From NCBI GenBank assembly GCA_003538135.1, contig DPOR01000005.1, positions 111,470-175,469 of the forward strand: a stretch of 64,000 bases of DNA, read 5' to 3'. Source of the DNA: Oscillospiraceae bacterium (lineage in GTDB: Bacteria; Bacillota; Clostridia; Oscillospirales; Acutalibacteraceae). Made by a program: the position numbers and the translations under genes. The notes beneath the pieces are model-generated. The model was not told the DNA's origin, did not search any database, and saw only the letters and a program-made list of their open reading frames with translations. Of this stretch, positions 1 to 8,432 are shown piece by piece. Position 1 is the stretch's first letter; each line of letters starts with the position of its first letter.

Positions 1-558
1 GCCGCAGCGCGGGCAGTAGGGCACTATCTTGAAGCCCTTATAGAGCAGGCCCTTGTCCCAAATCTGCTTGAGTGCCCACCACTCGGACTCGATAAAGGTG
101 TTGTCATAGGTGACGTAGGGGTGCTTCATATCGGCCCAGAAGCCGACCTTGCCGGAGAAATCCTCCCACATACCCTTGTATTTCCATACGCTCTCCTTGC
201 ACTTCTTGATAAAGGGCTCGAGACCGTATTCCTCTATCCCCTGCTTGCCCTCGATGCCGAGCAGCTTCTCGACCTCTATCTCAACGGGCAGACCGTGGGT
301 ATCCCAGCCGGCCTTTCGGGGCACCATATAGCCCTTCATGGTCTTGTAGCGCGGGATCATATCCTTTATAACTCTCGTCAGCACATGGCCGATATGCGGC
401 TTGCCGTTTGCCGTCGGCGGGCCGTCATAGAAAGTGAAAGTCTCCGCATTTTTGCGCGAGTCGATGCTCTTCTCGAAGATGTGGTTCTCGTTCCAGAAAT
501 CGAGCACCTTTTTCTCGCGGTTGACGAACTCGAAATTCGTCGATACCTTGTCGTACAT
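1..558 (-). CDS. ileS: Isoleucyl-tRNA synthetase, N-terminal part (gene continues past window start)
   Basis: Reverse-strand translation from the ATG at 558 gives [11 protein letters not shown]...[20 protein letters not shown] (class I HIGH motif)...WDTHGLPVE, typical IleRS. Not in the ORF track because it runs off the window edge. Confidence 0.85.
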   Translation of the reverse strand, partial: MYDKVSTNFEFVNREKKVLDFWNENHIFEKSIDSRKNAETFTFYDGPPTANGKPHIGHVLTRVIKDMIPRYKTMKGYMVPRKAGWDTHGLPVEIEVEKLLGIEGKQGIEEYGLEPFIKKCKESVWKYKGMWEDFSGKVGFWADMKHPYVTYDNTFIESEWWALKQIWDKGLLYKGFKIVPYCPRCG

Positions 559-905
559 AACAGCTATCCATCCTTTCAGGGAATCGCGGACGGAAACAAA
601 AAAGGCCTCTGCCCATAACAGGACAAAGACCCGGCTTTGCAACCACCCACTACATTCAATTAAATGCCGCCCGGTAACGGTGGGACGCGCCGTCGGAATC
701 TACTCGGCTTTCGCCTTTCGTCCCGCTGCTCGGGAGTGATGTTCGCTCCTGCGCCGAGTACCGACTTTCCACTGCCGCCGGCTCACTTTGTCTCTTTGCG
801 CAAGGCTACTGTCTCCGTCATAGCCTTTCAGATATGCTCATTTAGTGTTGCACCCGACAGGTACAACATTAAGGTGATTATAATACTTTTGGATTTATTC
901 GTCAA
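559..905 (-). promoter_or_regulatory. T-box leader (Ile specifier AUC) with sigma-A promoter and intrinsic terminator, upstream of ileS
   Basis: Reverse strand: TTGACG-17-TATAAT promoter (about 877-905). Stem I carries an AGAGA motif. Specifier-loop-like GAACAUCAC has codon AUC (Ile) followed by a purine (about 738-740). T-box-like GUGGGUGGUUG (about 641-652). An 11-bp terminator hairpin plus U6 (about 596-631) lies just 5' of the ileS ATG. Confidence 0.7.
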
Positions 906-925
906 TAGGTTTGAGCCGACTATTT

Positions 926-1096
926 TCAGTCGGTATCGGTATTCATGATCAACTCATAAGCCCTCATGCATTCGTCGGCGGTCAATCCCGTCTCGTTCTG
1001 CATAAACGCCACGGCCTCCTCCGATTTCTCGAATTTCTCCAAAACATCCTTTGCCTCGGAAAATCTTTTTACCGCTTTTTCGAATTCATTACCCAT
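926..1096 (-). CDS. Small hypothetical protein (56 aa), last gene of the HydS-like operon
   Basis: ORF-track ORF trimmed to the internal ATG at 1096, which has a GAGGAGAAAAGTT RBS. Begins MGNEFEKAVKRFSE... No recognisable family. Confidence 0.45.
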   Translation of the reverse strand: MGNEFEKAVKRFSEAKDVLEKFEKSEEAVAFMQNETGLTADECMRAYELIMNTDTD

Positions 1097-1145
1097 AACT
1101 TTTCTCCTCTCAAGGTGCCGCACCGACGGGTGAAGCAGGTTTAGT

Positions 1146-1478
1146 TTATATAAGCCCCGACAGGCTGACTGCTGTTTCATAGGCGTTCTTCGCGGTCTGA
1201 TATACCGCAACGCCGTTTTGCTCTGCGCGGATACGCGCGTCCTCATCGAGGGGCGCGGACTCCGTTAAAATAATGCAGGCTATGTCCGCGAGCGCCGCCA
1301 CGCCTATGGCGTTGACATTGCCCATGACGGTCATCCACGCGTCCCCCGCCGTTGCGCGGGACATGACCCAGCTCAAAAGGTCGCCGCAGTAGCCGCCAGT
1401 GACCTCGCGCGAAAGCGATTCCTCGCTCTCGCACAGAGCTTTAAGCTCAAGCCTTTCTTTTATATCCCCTACGGTCAC
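1146..1478 (-). CDS. DRTGG domain protein
   Basis: ORF-track protein contains TGGYCGDLLSWVMSRA...AIGVAALADIACIILTE. GTG start with a strong AAAGGAGGAG RBS. Overlaps the stop of the upstream gene. Confidence 0.7.
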   Translation of the reverse strand: MTVGDIKERLELKALCESEESLSREVTGGYCGDLLSWVMSRATAGDAWMTVMGNVNAIGVAALADIACIILTESAPLDEDARIRAEQNGVAVYQTAKNAYETAVSLSGLI

Positions 1479-2785
1479 TTCGTCTCCTCCTTTTTGCCCG
1501 TGCTCCTGAACGGCGCGGGAATATACTCCTGCATATCCGTGCCCGCGAGCTCGTCGCGCATGGCGAAAACGCAGTCGTGGAGCGTCGCGCTGCCCCTGAC
1601 TATATCCTCGGCAAGGGCGCGGCAGGTGGGCGCGCCGCAGGTGCCGCAGTCAAGTCCCGGCAGGCGTGCTATTATTTCGGTCATCTTCGACATCATCGCC
1701 ATGGCGTCGGAGACGTTGTCTGCGAGCTTCAGCACGGACGAGCCCTCGAGCGGACACTGCCACTCCATGCTGTCGGGCACGTCGCCGTCCTCCAGATGAT
1801 TCGCCGCAACGGGCAGATATCTTCTGAGCTGCTGGATGCGCGCCTTTGCGACATACGGATTTTCCGCAGTCAGCGAGCCGCCGACGCAGCCGCCCGAGCA
1901 GGCGTTCAGTTCGACGAAATCGAGCCTGTCAAGCTTTTCGTCCTCTATCTCCTCAAGCACTTTTATGACATTCTCTATGCCGTCCGCGGCCAGATATTTG
2001 TCCTTGAGCAGAGCGGCAGATTCGCCGCCGCTCGACGCCCAGCTGACTCCCATGAGCCCCGACTCGCAGGCGTCCTCCGGCGCTCCGAGGTGGTTCATCT
2101 GCTTTAAAAGCACAGGGTATATATCTTTCATCGCTATCGCCGCGTCAACGTTTGACTCCGGCAGGCAGATTGGCTGCTTGACGGCGGTTATCTTCGCGGG
2201 GCAGGGCGTGATAAAAAATATGCCTATCTCCGAAGAATCGAGTCCCGTCTTGGCCTGCGCCTCTTTGTGCGCTATCATGGCGGCGGTCTCCATGGGAGAG
2301 TTGAGCGGCAGAACGTGGGGAATAAGATTCGGGAAGCAGACCCTTATCAGCCGGCACACGGCGGGGCACGCCGAGGATATGACGGGCTTGGGGATATCGT
2401 GCTCCGCGATATATTTTCGCGTAGCGTCGCTTATCAGTTCGGCGCCCCTTGCCACCTCGAAAACCTCATCGAAGCCGAGCCTTTTCAGAGCCGTTATGAC
2501 ATAGCCGATATCGTCAAGGTGGTTAAACTGCCCGTAGAGCGAGGGCGCGGGCAGAGCTACTCTGTATTTGAACTCGATTATTCTGTTCATCGAGTCGCGG
2601 TGCGAATATTTTGCATGGTGCGGGCAGACGCGGATGCACTCGCCGCAGTCGATGCAGCGTTCGGAGATAATATGCGCCTTGCCGTTTCGCACGCGGATAG
2701 CCTGCGTGGGACATCGCTTTATGCAGTTGGTGCAGCCCATGCACTTCTCCTCGTCGAGCCGCACCGAATGGAAATACGTGTTCAT
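1475..2785 (-). CDS. [FeFe]-hydrogenase-family protein, HydS-like putative sensory type (2x[4Fe-4S] ferredoxin N-term, H-cluster domain, C-terminal Cys4 domain)
   Basis: N-term CMGCTNCIKRCP...CIDCGECIRVCP. H-cluster motifs L1 SSACPAV (the proton-relay Cys of the TSCCP motif is replaced by Ala), L2 TPCPAK, L3 ELNACSGGCVGG. C-terminal DCGTCGAPTCRAL. Start set at MNTYF (2785) with a GGGAGGG RBS. Confidence 0.85.
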   Translation of the reverse strand: MNTYFHSVRLDEEKCMGCTNCIKRCPTQAIRVRNGKAHIISERCIDCGECIRVCPHHAKYSHRDSMNRIIEFKYRVALPAPSLYGQFNHLDDIGYVITALKRLGFDEVFEVARGAELISDATRKYIAEHDIPKPVISSACPAVCRLIRVCFPNLIPHVLPLNSPMETAAMIAHKEAQAKTGLDSSEIGIFFITPCPAKITAVKQPICLPESNVDAAIAMKDIYPVLLKQMNHLGAPEDACESGLMGVSWASSGGESAALLKDKYLAADGIENVIKVLEEIEDEKLDRLDFVELNACSGGCVGGSLTAENPYVAKARIQQLRRYLPVAANHLEDGDVPDSMEWQCPLEGSSVLKLADNVSDAMAMMSKMTEIIARLPGLDCGTCGAPTCRALAEDIVRGSATLHDCVFAMRDELAGTDMQEYIPAPFRSTGKKEETK

Positions 2786-2838
2786 ATGGAAAACCCTCCC
2801 GGCGCCCGCGGACACGGGCGCTCAGTCAGCAATCGTTA

Positions 2839-3264
2839 TTATATACTGTTATACACTTTGAGCCTGATAGTCGTTCCGACATCCTTTTCCGTCTCTATGT
2901 TCATCTCATCGGTATACTTCTTTATATTGGGCAAACCCATGCCCGCTCCGAAGCCGAGGGCGCGCACCTTATCGGGCGCGGTCGAATAGCCCTCCTGCAT
3001 GGCGAGCTCGACATTCTCTATGCCGGGGCCGTGGTCGGTGAGCACCATGGAAATGCACTCGGGCGATATCTCGACGTCTATCTCGCCGCCGCCCGCATGA
3101 ATGACCATATTTATCTCGCCCTCATACATGGCTATCGAGACGTTTCTTATCACGTTGGCGTCGAAGCCGAGCCCCTTGAGCACGCGCTTGGTCTCGCCGG
3201 ACGCCTCGCCCGCGCGGGTAAAATCCTCTCCGTCAACGTCAAAGTGGAGCTTCATATTATCCAT
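2839..3264 (-). CDS. HATPase_c serine-protein kinase, anti-sigma-factor (RsbW/SpoIIAB)-like
   Basis: 141 aa; ...HAGGGEIDVEI...DHGPGIENVELAMQEGYST...GFGAGMGLPNI, a GHKL ATPase fold of the partner-switching kinase type. Confidence 0.75.
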   Translation of the reverse strand: MDNMKLHFDVDGEDFTRAGEASGETKRVLKGLGFDANVIRNVSIAMYEGEINMVIHAGGGEIDVEISPECISMVLTDHGPGIENVELAMQEGYSTAPDKVRALGFGAGMGLPNIKKYTDEMNIETEKDVGTTIRLKVYNSI

Positions 3265-3613
3265 TTGCCGCCCGTCCTCCTCTCAGCCCTGCCTGATAGA
3301 GCTTTCCGCAGGAGGTAAACATTTCGAGCTCGGTTTTGAGCACGACTATATCAAGCTCACGTGCAAGGTCGAGTATCGCGTCACCCGGCACCTTGCCGCG
3401 CACGAACACTATGACCTTCATATCCATCATTTCGGCGGTACGCACGACCTGAGGATTGACAAGCCCCGTGAGCAAAACAGCCTGCTCCTTGACAAACGCG
3501 AGCACGTCGCTCATCATGTCGCTTCCGCAGGCGGTATGCACCTCTCTGTCCAGATGATCGCCGCCGCAAAGCAGTTCGGCCGAAAGAATTTCTTTAAGCT
3601 GTAAAACAGTCAT
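3257..3613 (-). CDS. DRTGG domain protein (first gene of operon)
   Basis: Trimmed to MTVLQLKEIL at 3613 (AGAGGGTGGAG RBS). Contains GDHLDREVHTACGSDMMSDVLAF...VLLTGLVNPQVVRTAEMMD. Confidence 0.7.
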   Translation of the reverse strand: MTVLQLKEILSAELLCGGDHLDREVHTACGSDMMSDVLAFVKEQAVLLTGLVNPQVVRTAEMMDMKVIVFVRGKVPGDAILDLARELDIVVLKTELEMFTSCGKLYQAGLRGGRAANG

Positions 3614-3674
3614 TATACTCCACCCTCTTAGCAAAGTTCTCAACTTTTTCGGAGTTTTCCTCCGACTTATGTTG

Positions 3675-3703
3675 ATTATAACATGACAGTGCGGTCTTTT
3701 CAA
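3675..3703 (-). promoter_or_regulatory. Sigma-A promoter of the DRTGG-kinase-HydS-like operon
   Basis: Reverse strand TTGAAA-17-TGtTATAAT (extended -10) about 60 nt upstream of the 3613 start. Confidence 0.5.
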
Positions 3704-3744
3704 CCTCGGGGAAATAAAAACGGGCGGTATTTATCCCGCTGATC

Positions 3745-3866
3745 CCTTCGCAATCTGCTTGCAGGGTCGAGCTTTGCTCGCCTGCTGTAGTTGCTTCATA
3801 AACCGCGGGCGGATAATATCCGCCCCTACACGGTTGCGATATACGCAAGCTGCTGTAATTTTGCGG
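3745..3866 (+). repeat. Intergenic repeat module A, copy 1 (122 bp)
   Basis: About 95% identical to 4215-4336 (offset 470 bp). Contains the hairpin GGCGGATaatATCCGCC and the string cccctacacggtt. Confidence 0.85.
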
Positions 3867-3877
3867 CTATTCACTCT

Positions 3878-3912
3878 GCAGGGTGCGGCGACTCGACGCA
3901 CCGCTGCCGCCG
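3878..3912 (+). repeat. Palindromic unit B (GGGTGCGGCGACTCGACGCACCGC type)
   Basis: Hairpin GGTGCG-gcgactcga-CGCACC followed by tgccgcc. Same unit at 4071-4106, and in inverse orientation at 62613-62660 and 61958-61990. Confidence 0.8.
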
Positions 3913-3967
3913 TCAAAAGCCCAAGTACAGACAATGAAGCCGGGATTTGCGGGAGATAAGCAATTAC

Positions 3968-4023
3968 GGCTCCCCTGCAGGGGAGCTGGCTCGGCGAAGC
4001 CGAGACTGAGGGGTTATTGCACG
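3968..4023 (+). repeat. Repeat module C (double hairpin GGCTCCCCTGCAGGGGAGC / CTCGGCgaaGCCGAG)
   Basis: Near-identical inverted copy at 61830-61884. Confidence 0.8.
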
Positions 4024-4070
4024 GATTCGCCCGATTTTTTCACGGCTGTTTAATTCTTCAATGTCCTTTT

Positions 4071-4106
4071 GTAGGGTGCGGCGACTCAACGCACCGCTGC
4101 CGCCGC
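4071..4106 (+). repeat. Palindromic unit B
   Basis: cttttgtagggtgcggcgactcaacgcaccgctgccgccgcagg; reverse complement nearly identical to 62613-62660. Confidence 0.8.
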
Positions 4107-4188
4107 AGGCGGCACAGAGGGCAAGCCGCAAGCAGAAAGCGTATTGCACAACGCGGATGAATAAATAGATTTTCGGTGACGCTAATGC

Positions 4189-4220
4189 GTCAAAGGGTCG
4201 TCGAGTCGCCGACCCCTACG
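4189..4220 (-). repeat. Palindromic unit B, variant (GGGTCGGCGACTCGACGACCC)
   Basis: caaagggtcgtcgagtcgccgacccctac; same variant at 54585-54617 and 62511-62546. Confidence 0.75.
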
Positions 4221-4336
4221 CAAGCTGCTTGCAGGGTCGAGCTTTGCTCGCCTGCTGTAGTTGCTTCATAAACCGCTGGCGGATGATATCCGCCCCTACA
4301 CGGTTGTGATATACGCAAGCTGCCGTAATTTTGCGG
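4215..4336 (+). repeat. Intergenic repeat module A, copy 2
   Basis: Direct repeat of 3745-3866. Confidence 0.85.
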
Positions 4337-4350
4337 ACGAACAAATTTTG

Positions 4351-4395
4351 CCCCTACGGTGTACCGCTTGCAATTGCGCCGCAACTCCCGATTTA
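4351..4395 (+). repeat. Repeat module D (cccctacggtgtaccgcttgcaattgcgccgcaactcccgattta)
   Basis: Related copies at 55134-55178, and fragments at 36583-36604 (inverted) and 36675-36706. Confidence 0.6.
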
Positions 4396-4481
4396 TCAAT
4401 CTCTTTAATCATCTCATAAAGCTTCAGCGCATACAGCAAAAATCGCCGGGAAATATTCCCCGGCGATCGAATCGACTGAAA

Positions 4482-5192
4482 TCATTGCCAATTGAAAACT
4501 ACTGTATATCCGTTTATGGCTTCTCCGAAGAGAGCTTTCAGTGTTTCTTCTGCGCTCTTTTGAGCGGTCTCAATTATTCCTTTTTCCTTGGCATCGTTTA
4601 TCAACTTTTTCTCAAGCTCGGATTGGGCGGCAGTGAAGTCGCCTATTGTGAGCTGATTAAAAATGTTTTTGGTCTGCTTGGCATCCTTTATTGATGACGG
4701 GTCGATATAGACATTTGTTATGCTTATCTTTATGTTGTCTATAGTTATGACATTGGTCTTCGAATTGACATTGATATTTGCGTCTGCAAGGTTCTCTATT
4801 CCGGCCTCAACATATCCCGTAAAAGTAAACGACATGGACTTGCCGTTCATTTTCAGCTTTTCGGAAAGCTTGTTGGCATACATTTTTCCGGAATCATATG
4901 TTGCAACCTGCTTATAGATACCTGTGTTCAGCTTCGCCTGCTCTTTCAGCGTCTCTTCGAGGATTTTCGTTGTAGATGCGGAGTAGGAATTCGGGAACAG
5001 CTTGAACATTATGTCATCCCAGTGCCGTCCGCAGACTACGCCCGCTCCGAGACCTATCGCAAGAGTCAGGATAACCGCAACAATAATCTGGAAAACCTGC
5101 TTTGCGCCCTTCTTCTTGATGCCCTTGAGCTCGCCCTGAATGTTGTCGAGTGCTGCCATCAGTTCCTGATTTTCTGTTCTTTCTTCAACCAT
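4482..5192 (-). CDS. DUF4230-like membrane-anchored protein
   Basis: Trimmed to MVEERTENQ (AGAGGAATCGTT RBS). N-terminal TM helix; ...GYVEAGIENL...ITIDNIKISITNVYIDP pattern. The gene is noticeably AT-richer than its surroundings. Confidence 0.55.
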   Translation of the reverse strand: MVEERTENQELMAALDNIQGELKGIKKKGAKQVFQIIVAVILTLAIGLGAGVVCGRHWDDIMFKLFPNSYSASTTKILEETLKEQAKLNTGIYKQVATYDSGKMYANKLSEKLKMNGKSMSFTFTGYVEAGIENLADANINVNSKTNVITIDNIKISITNVYIDPSSIKDAKQTKNIFNQLTIGDFTAAQSELEKKLINDAKEKGIIETAQKSAEETLKALFGEAINGYTVVFNWQ

Positions 5193-5231
5193 AACGATTC
5201 CTCTTTCACAAGATATTTCTGTATCGCGCAT

Positions 5232-5263
5232 TTTGATTATATCAAATCAAAATCATATAATCA
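5232..5263 (-). promoter_or_regulatory. Sigma-A promoter embedded in a 10-bp-arm perfect inverted repeat (putative operator)
   Basis: TTGATTATAT-12nt-ATATAATCAA. Read on the minus strand it gives TTGATT-17-TATAAT about 40 nt upstream of the 5192 start. Confidence 0.5.
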
Positions 5264-5322
5264 ACACATATTGACAAAATGCGCGCGTCTGTCCGTTTTA
5301 TCAGACAGACGCGGCTCCGCTT

Positions 5323-6147
5323 TTAGTCTCTCAGTTCTGTTAAATTCGCTACGATCTCTGCCTCAAGCTTCTTTTGCTGGCTTGCAGTTAAACGATCCGA
5401 GGTTCTTACCAAAACAGTTCCGACTACCCGATGCGAACCGGAGGCCAGACGCGAGCCGTCAAACTGAGCCAGATATTCGCATCTTTTTTCTGCATCTTCC
5501 CTGGTAACATATACTTCTATCGAACCCCCGCCGTCGGTTCCGTTATCAATAATCGTACCGTCAAGCCATCCTCTGTCTTCTGCTTTGATCTGACTTGACG
5601 CAAAATAGACTGTTGATGTATATCCGCCCGGCTTGTTCAGGTTGCCGTTGGGGTCATTATCCTCAGTTACACCCGCATATCCGGTTATAGTATCAATGTC
5701 CCTGATTCTTTCAATAATAAATGCCTCCGACGGATTTGTAAGTTGTTTCATTATCCTGATGCTGTTTTCAAGATTTGTCTTTGCCGTGGCCAGCATTTCT
5801 TTTGTTTCAACATAGCTGATTTTCTTCAGCTTTTCATTTACAAGCTCATTGATTTCTTTCGCATTGCCTCTTTTTTTGGGTATTTCAACAATCGCCGCCC
5901 TTGAGTCGGCAACTGCGGTTTCAAGAGTTGTTACCGTTGTTTTATCATACGGCTCCTCATGTGAATCAATGAGTTTCTGACTTTCTGCTATCACCTTTTC
6001 GAGGTCGTCGCGTTCCGCATTTATCCTTGTGCATTCCCTATCATAGTTCGCAACCGCCTGCTTGCGTTCTTCACTGCAGCCCGAAAGCAGAAGCACGACA
6101 GACAATATAATCGCTATCACAGATACAAAGCGTAAACTTCTTTTCAT
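5323..6147 (-). CDS. Lipoprotein, function unknown (coiled-coil N-term, Gly/Thr-rich C-terminal domain)
   Basis: MKRSLRFVSVIAIILSVVLLLSGC lipobox. Downstream hairpin plus T-tract terminator at about 5270-5320. Confidence 0.6.
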   Translation of the reverse strand: MKRSLRFVSVIAIILSVVLLLSGCSEERKQAVANYDRECTRINAERDDLEKVIAESQKLIDSHEEPYDKTTVTTLETAVADSRAAIVEIPKKRGNAKEINELVNEKLKKISYVETKEMLATAKTNLENSIRIMKQLTNPSEAFIIERIRDIDTITGYAGVTEDNDPNGNLNKPGGYTSTVYFASSQIKAEDRGWLDGTIIDNGTDGGGSIEVYVTREDAEKRCEYLAQFDGSRLASGSHRVVGTVLVRTSDRLTASQQKKLEAEIVANLTELRD

Positions 6148-6161
6148 GTTTATACATCCTT

Positions 6162-6446
6162 TCATTTTTTACCGTCATTGACGATTTTTCTGACCCATTT
6201 TTCGCTGTAGCCGTATTTTGTGGCGAGCTGCTTTATGTTGCTTCCGTCATACTCGGCCGCAATACGGCTTGATATGAATTCGTTCGAAAAAAAGTTTACC
6301 GGAAAATTGATCTGCTGGCCGCGGAATTCGGAATGCAGAGTCACGGCGGCTTCGATGCCGAGAAGATCGGAAATTTCGCTGTACACACCGTTCAGGTATT
6401 CACTTTTGATATCCTTTGAATCCATATCGGTAAAGACCTCTTTCAT
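6162..6446 (-). CDS. Mor-family-like small HTH regulator
   Basis: 94 aa; C-terminal ...IKQLATKYGYSEKWVRKIVND HTH resembling the Mor/C transcription-activator family. AGAAAGGAG RBS. Confidence 0.5.
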   Translation of the reverse strand: MKEVFTDMDSKDIKSEYLNGVYSEISDLLGIEAAVTLHSEFRGQQINFPVNFFSNEFISSRIAAEYDGSNIKQLATKYGYSEKWVRKIVNDGKK

Positions 6447-6645
6447 TTTTGCTCCTTTCTATTATGACTTGTCCAAACGGACTTTCATAGAGCGGCAGTT
6501 CCCGCGAACTGTTCATCGGAACAATTCAACGGGAACTTCTTTCGCTCTCATAACAGAAAATGTTTTTTTCGCGAGGTTACGATATGAGTCATGTTTATTG
6601 ATTTTTAAGATTAATCAAATTCCGCAGATGTTTTGTACAAAATAA

Positions 6646-6672
6646 AAAAGCAGCCCCGCTTTTGCGGGACTG
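6646..6672. terminator. Hairpin terminator (bidirectional-looking)
   Basis: aaaaaaGCAGCCCCGCttttGCGGGaCTGCc, downstream of the minus-strand gene ending at 6693. Confidence 0.5.
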
Positions 6673-6692
6673 CCGAACGCCGAATGTCGGAC

Positions 6693-7406
6693 TTATTTCT
6701 TTGCTTTTGCGGCTTTCTTGGCTTTTCGCTCTTCCTTGCTGTCGAGCCAGCCGAACTTGTACATTGCAAACGCGCCGAGGAGCGATGCTATAATGGTGAC
6801 GAAGATAAGCGTTCCGACGCCCATGGTCGAGGCGAAGATGAGGGTTATGACGCCGACCATTATCGGGAATATCGAAATTCTCCAGTGCTTTGCGAAGTAG
6901 GTGGCGGCGAGCGCACCGAAGAGCGCGGGCAGCACCTGCTTGAAGGCGGGGGCGATGTTGGGGTTAGTCGTCAGCATCGGGAGCACCGGACGGAAGGCGA
7001 GCACGCCGACTGCGAGGATTATAGTAGTCGTGATAGCCGAGGACGCTATGGCGATAGTCGAAATGACCTCGCCCTCCTCGGAGTTTGCGCGCACGCCCGC
7101 GTTCTCCATAGCGTTGAGTCCGCAGGGCAGCTTGAGGTTTGTTATGTTGCCGGTGACGAAGCTCAAATATGTTCCGCCCGCGCCGAGCATGGGCGCGTAG
7201 GTGATCACCTCGGCTATGCCGGAGAGCCAGTATACCGGGATAACGACCTTCATTGCGTTGAAGAGATTCGAAGCCTCGGGCCACGCGTTGTAGTGTGCGC
7301 TTATCGCTATCGGCACAAACATGAGGGCGGCAATCGCGGTTATCGAAGAAATTCTGCCCCAGACATGAACTTTTTCGCTGTAGGGCTTTGCGTTCTTTTT
7401 ACTCAT
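6693..7406 (-). CDS. Polytopic membrane protein (paired with 7424-8218), family not recognised
   Basis: Trimmed to MSKKNAK (GGAGGG RBS). Multiple hydrophobic helices. Lys-rich C terminus. Confidence 0.6.
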   Translation of the reverse strand: MSKKNAKPYSEKVHVWGRISSITAIAALMFVPIAISAHYNAWPEASNLFNAMKVVIPVYWLSGIAEVITYAPMLGAGGTYLSFVTGNITNLKLPCGLNAMENAGVRANSEEGEVISTIAIASSAITTTIILAVGVLAFRPVLPMLTTNPNIAPAFKQVLPALFGALAATYFAKHWRISIFPIMVGVITLIFASTMGVGTLIFVTIIASLLGAFAMYKFGWLDSKEERKAKKAAKAKK

Positions 7407-7423
7407 TTGCGTTTCCCTCCTTA

Positions 7424-8218
7424 TCAGCCTCTCCACTCAAGATAAGCAAGTCCCTCGGGGCAGACCTTTGCTATGACAATAGCAATGCCCATCGCGGCGA
7501 ACATACTTATCGGAAGAGCGAAGGTTTCGAGCCACTTTATCTTGAATTTTCTGCAAAGGAAAGTGAGCAGGGTCATGAAAATCATCGACGCGGCGAGCAC
7601 GCACACGGACATAAAGCCCGCGCCGTCGCCGAACTCGTGGCCGTAGAGCGGATTGTTGCCCGCCTTGCCCGCACCCGCAATGGAGCGCGCTACGAACGCG
7701 GCGATAATGCCGATGAACGCGGCGGCGGAAAGAGTGTCGGCAAGCTTCGAGTTCTTGTCGGCGACCTTGCCCATGGTCTTCTGCACCTTCTTCATAACGA
7801 AGATGATGAGAATGAGCGGCAGGATGCAGCCGATAGTCATGACAAAGGCTATCGTCGCAAAAATCTTGGGGTCGGTGACGGGGCTCGAAAGAGTCAGACC
7901 GAAGGTATCGAGCGCTGCCTCCGCGGCGACGCTCTCATAGGCGAGGTTGCCTATGACCGAGAGCCTTATCCACGGCAGGACTATGCCTAAGGAGTTTGCG
8001 AGCACGATGACAGTAGCGAGAATAGAGATGGCGGGAGCGATGGTAAACACCGCGCTCGACATGACCGTATTCTTCAGCTTTTCCGTTGATATTCCGAGTT
8101 TTTTGCCTTGTTTCCATGCCTTGATAAGGAAGAACAGCGACTGCGCTATGACAAAGACGACGATGAAAAGACCGATTCCTATCATAAAGCCGTTTTCCTT
8201 GAAGTTTTCAGGGACCAC
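7424..8218 (-). CDS. Polytopic membrane protein (paired with 6693-7406), family not recognised
   Basis: GTG start with a GGAGG RBS. 264 aa, 6 or more TM helices. Overlaps the downstream gene by 13 nt. Confidence 0.6.
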   Translation of the reverse strand: MVPENFKENGFMIGIGLFIVVFVIAQSLFFLIKAWKQGKKLGISTEKLKNTVMSSAVFTIAPAISILATVIVLANSLGIVLPWIRLSVIGNLAYESVAAEAALDTFGLTLSSPVTDPKIFATIAFVMTIGCILPLILIIFVMKKVQKTMGKVADKNSKLADTLSAAAFIGIIAAFVARSIAGAGKAGNNPLYGHEFGDGAGFMSVCVLAASMIFMTLLTFLCRKFKIKWLETFALPISMFAAMGIAIVIAKVCPEGLAYLEWRG

Positions 8219-8432
8219 AAAAACACCTCCTATAAGTTTTCAGCGTATTAACTCACTAAGAATGATATCATATCGGAACGCTGTTCGTCAAGAAAAGACC
8301 GCATATATTGCAAAAATTTATGCAAAACAGCCATTAGGCGCAAAAATCACTGTCCGATAAATTACCTTTATCTTGTCTCCGCGCCGTGTTATTATATGTA
8401 TGTAAAACAGTCGGACCGTCTCGGGAGGTGTT

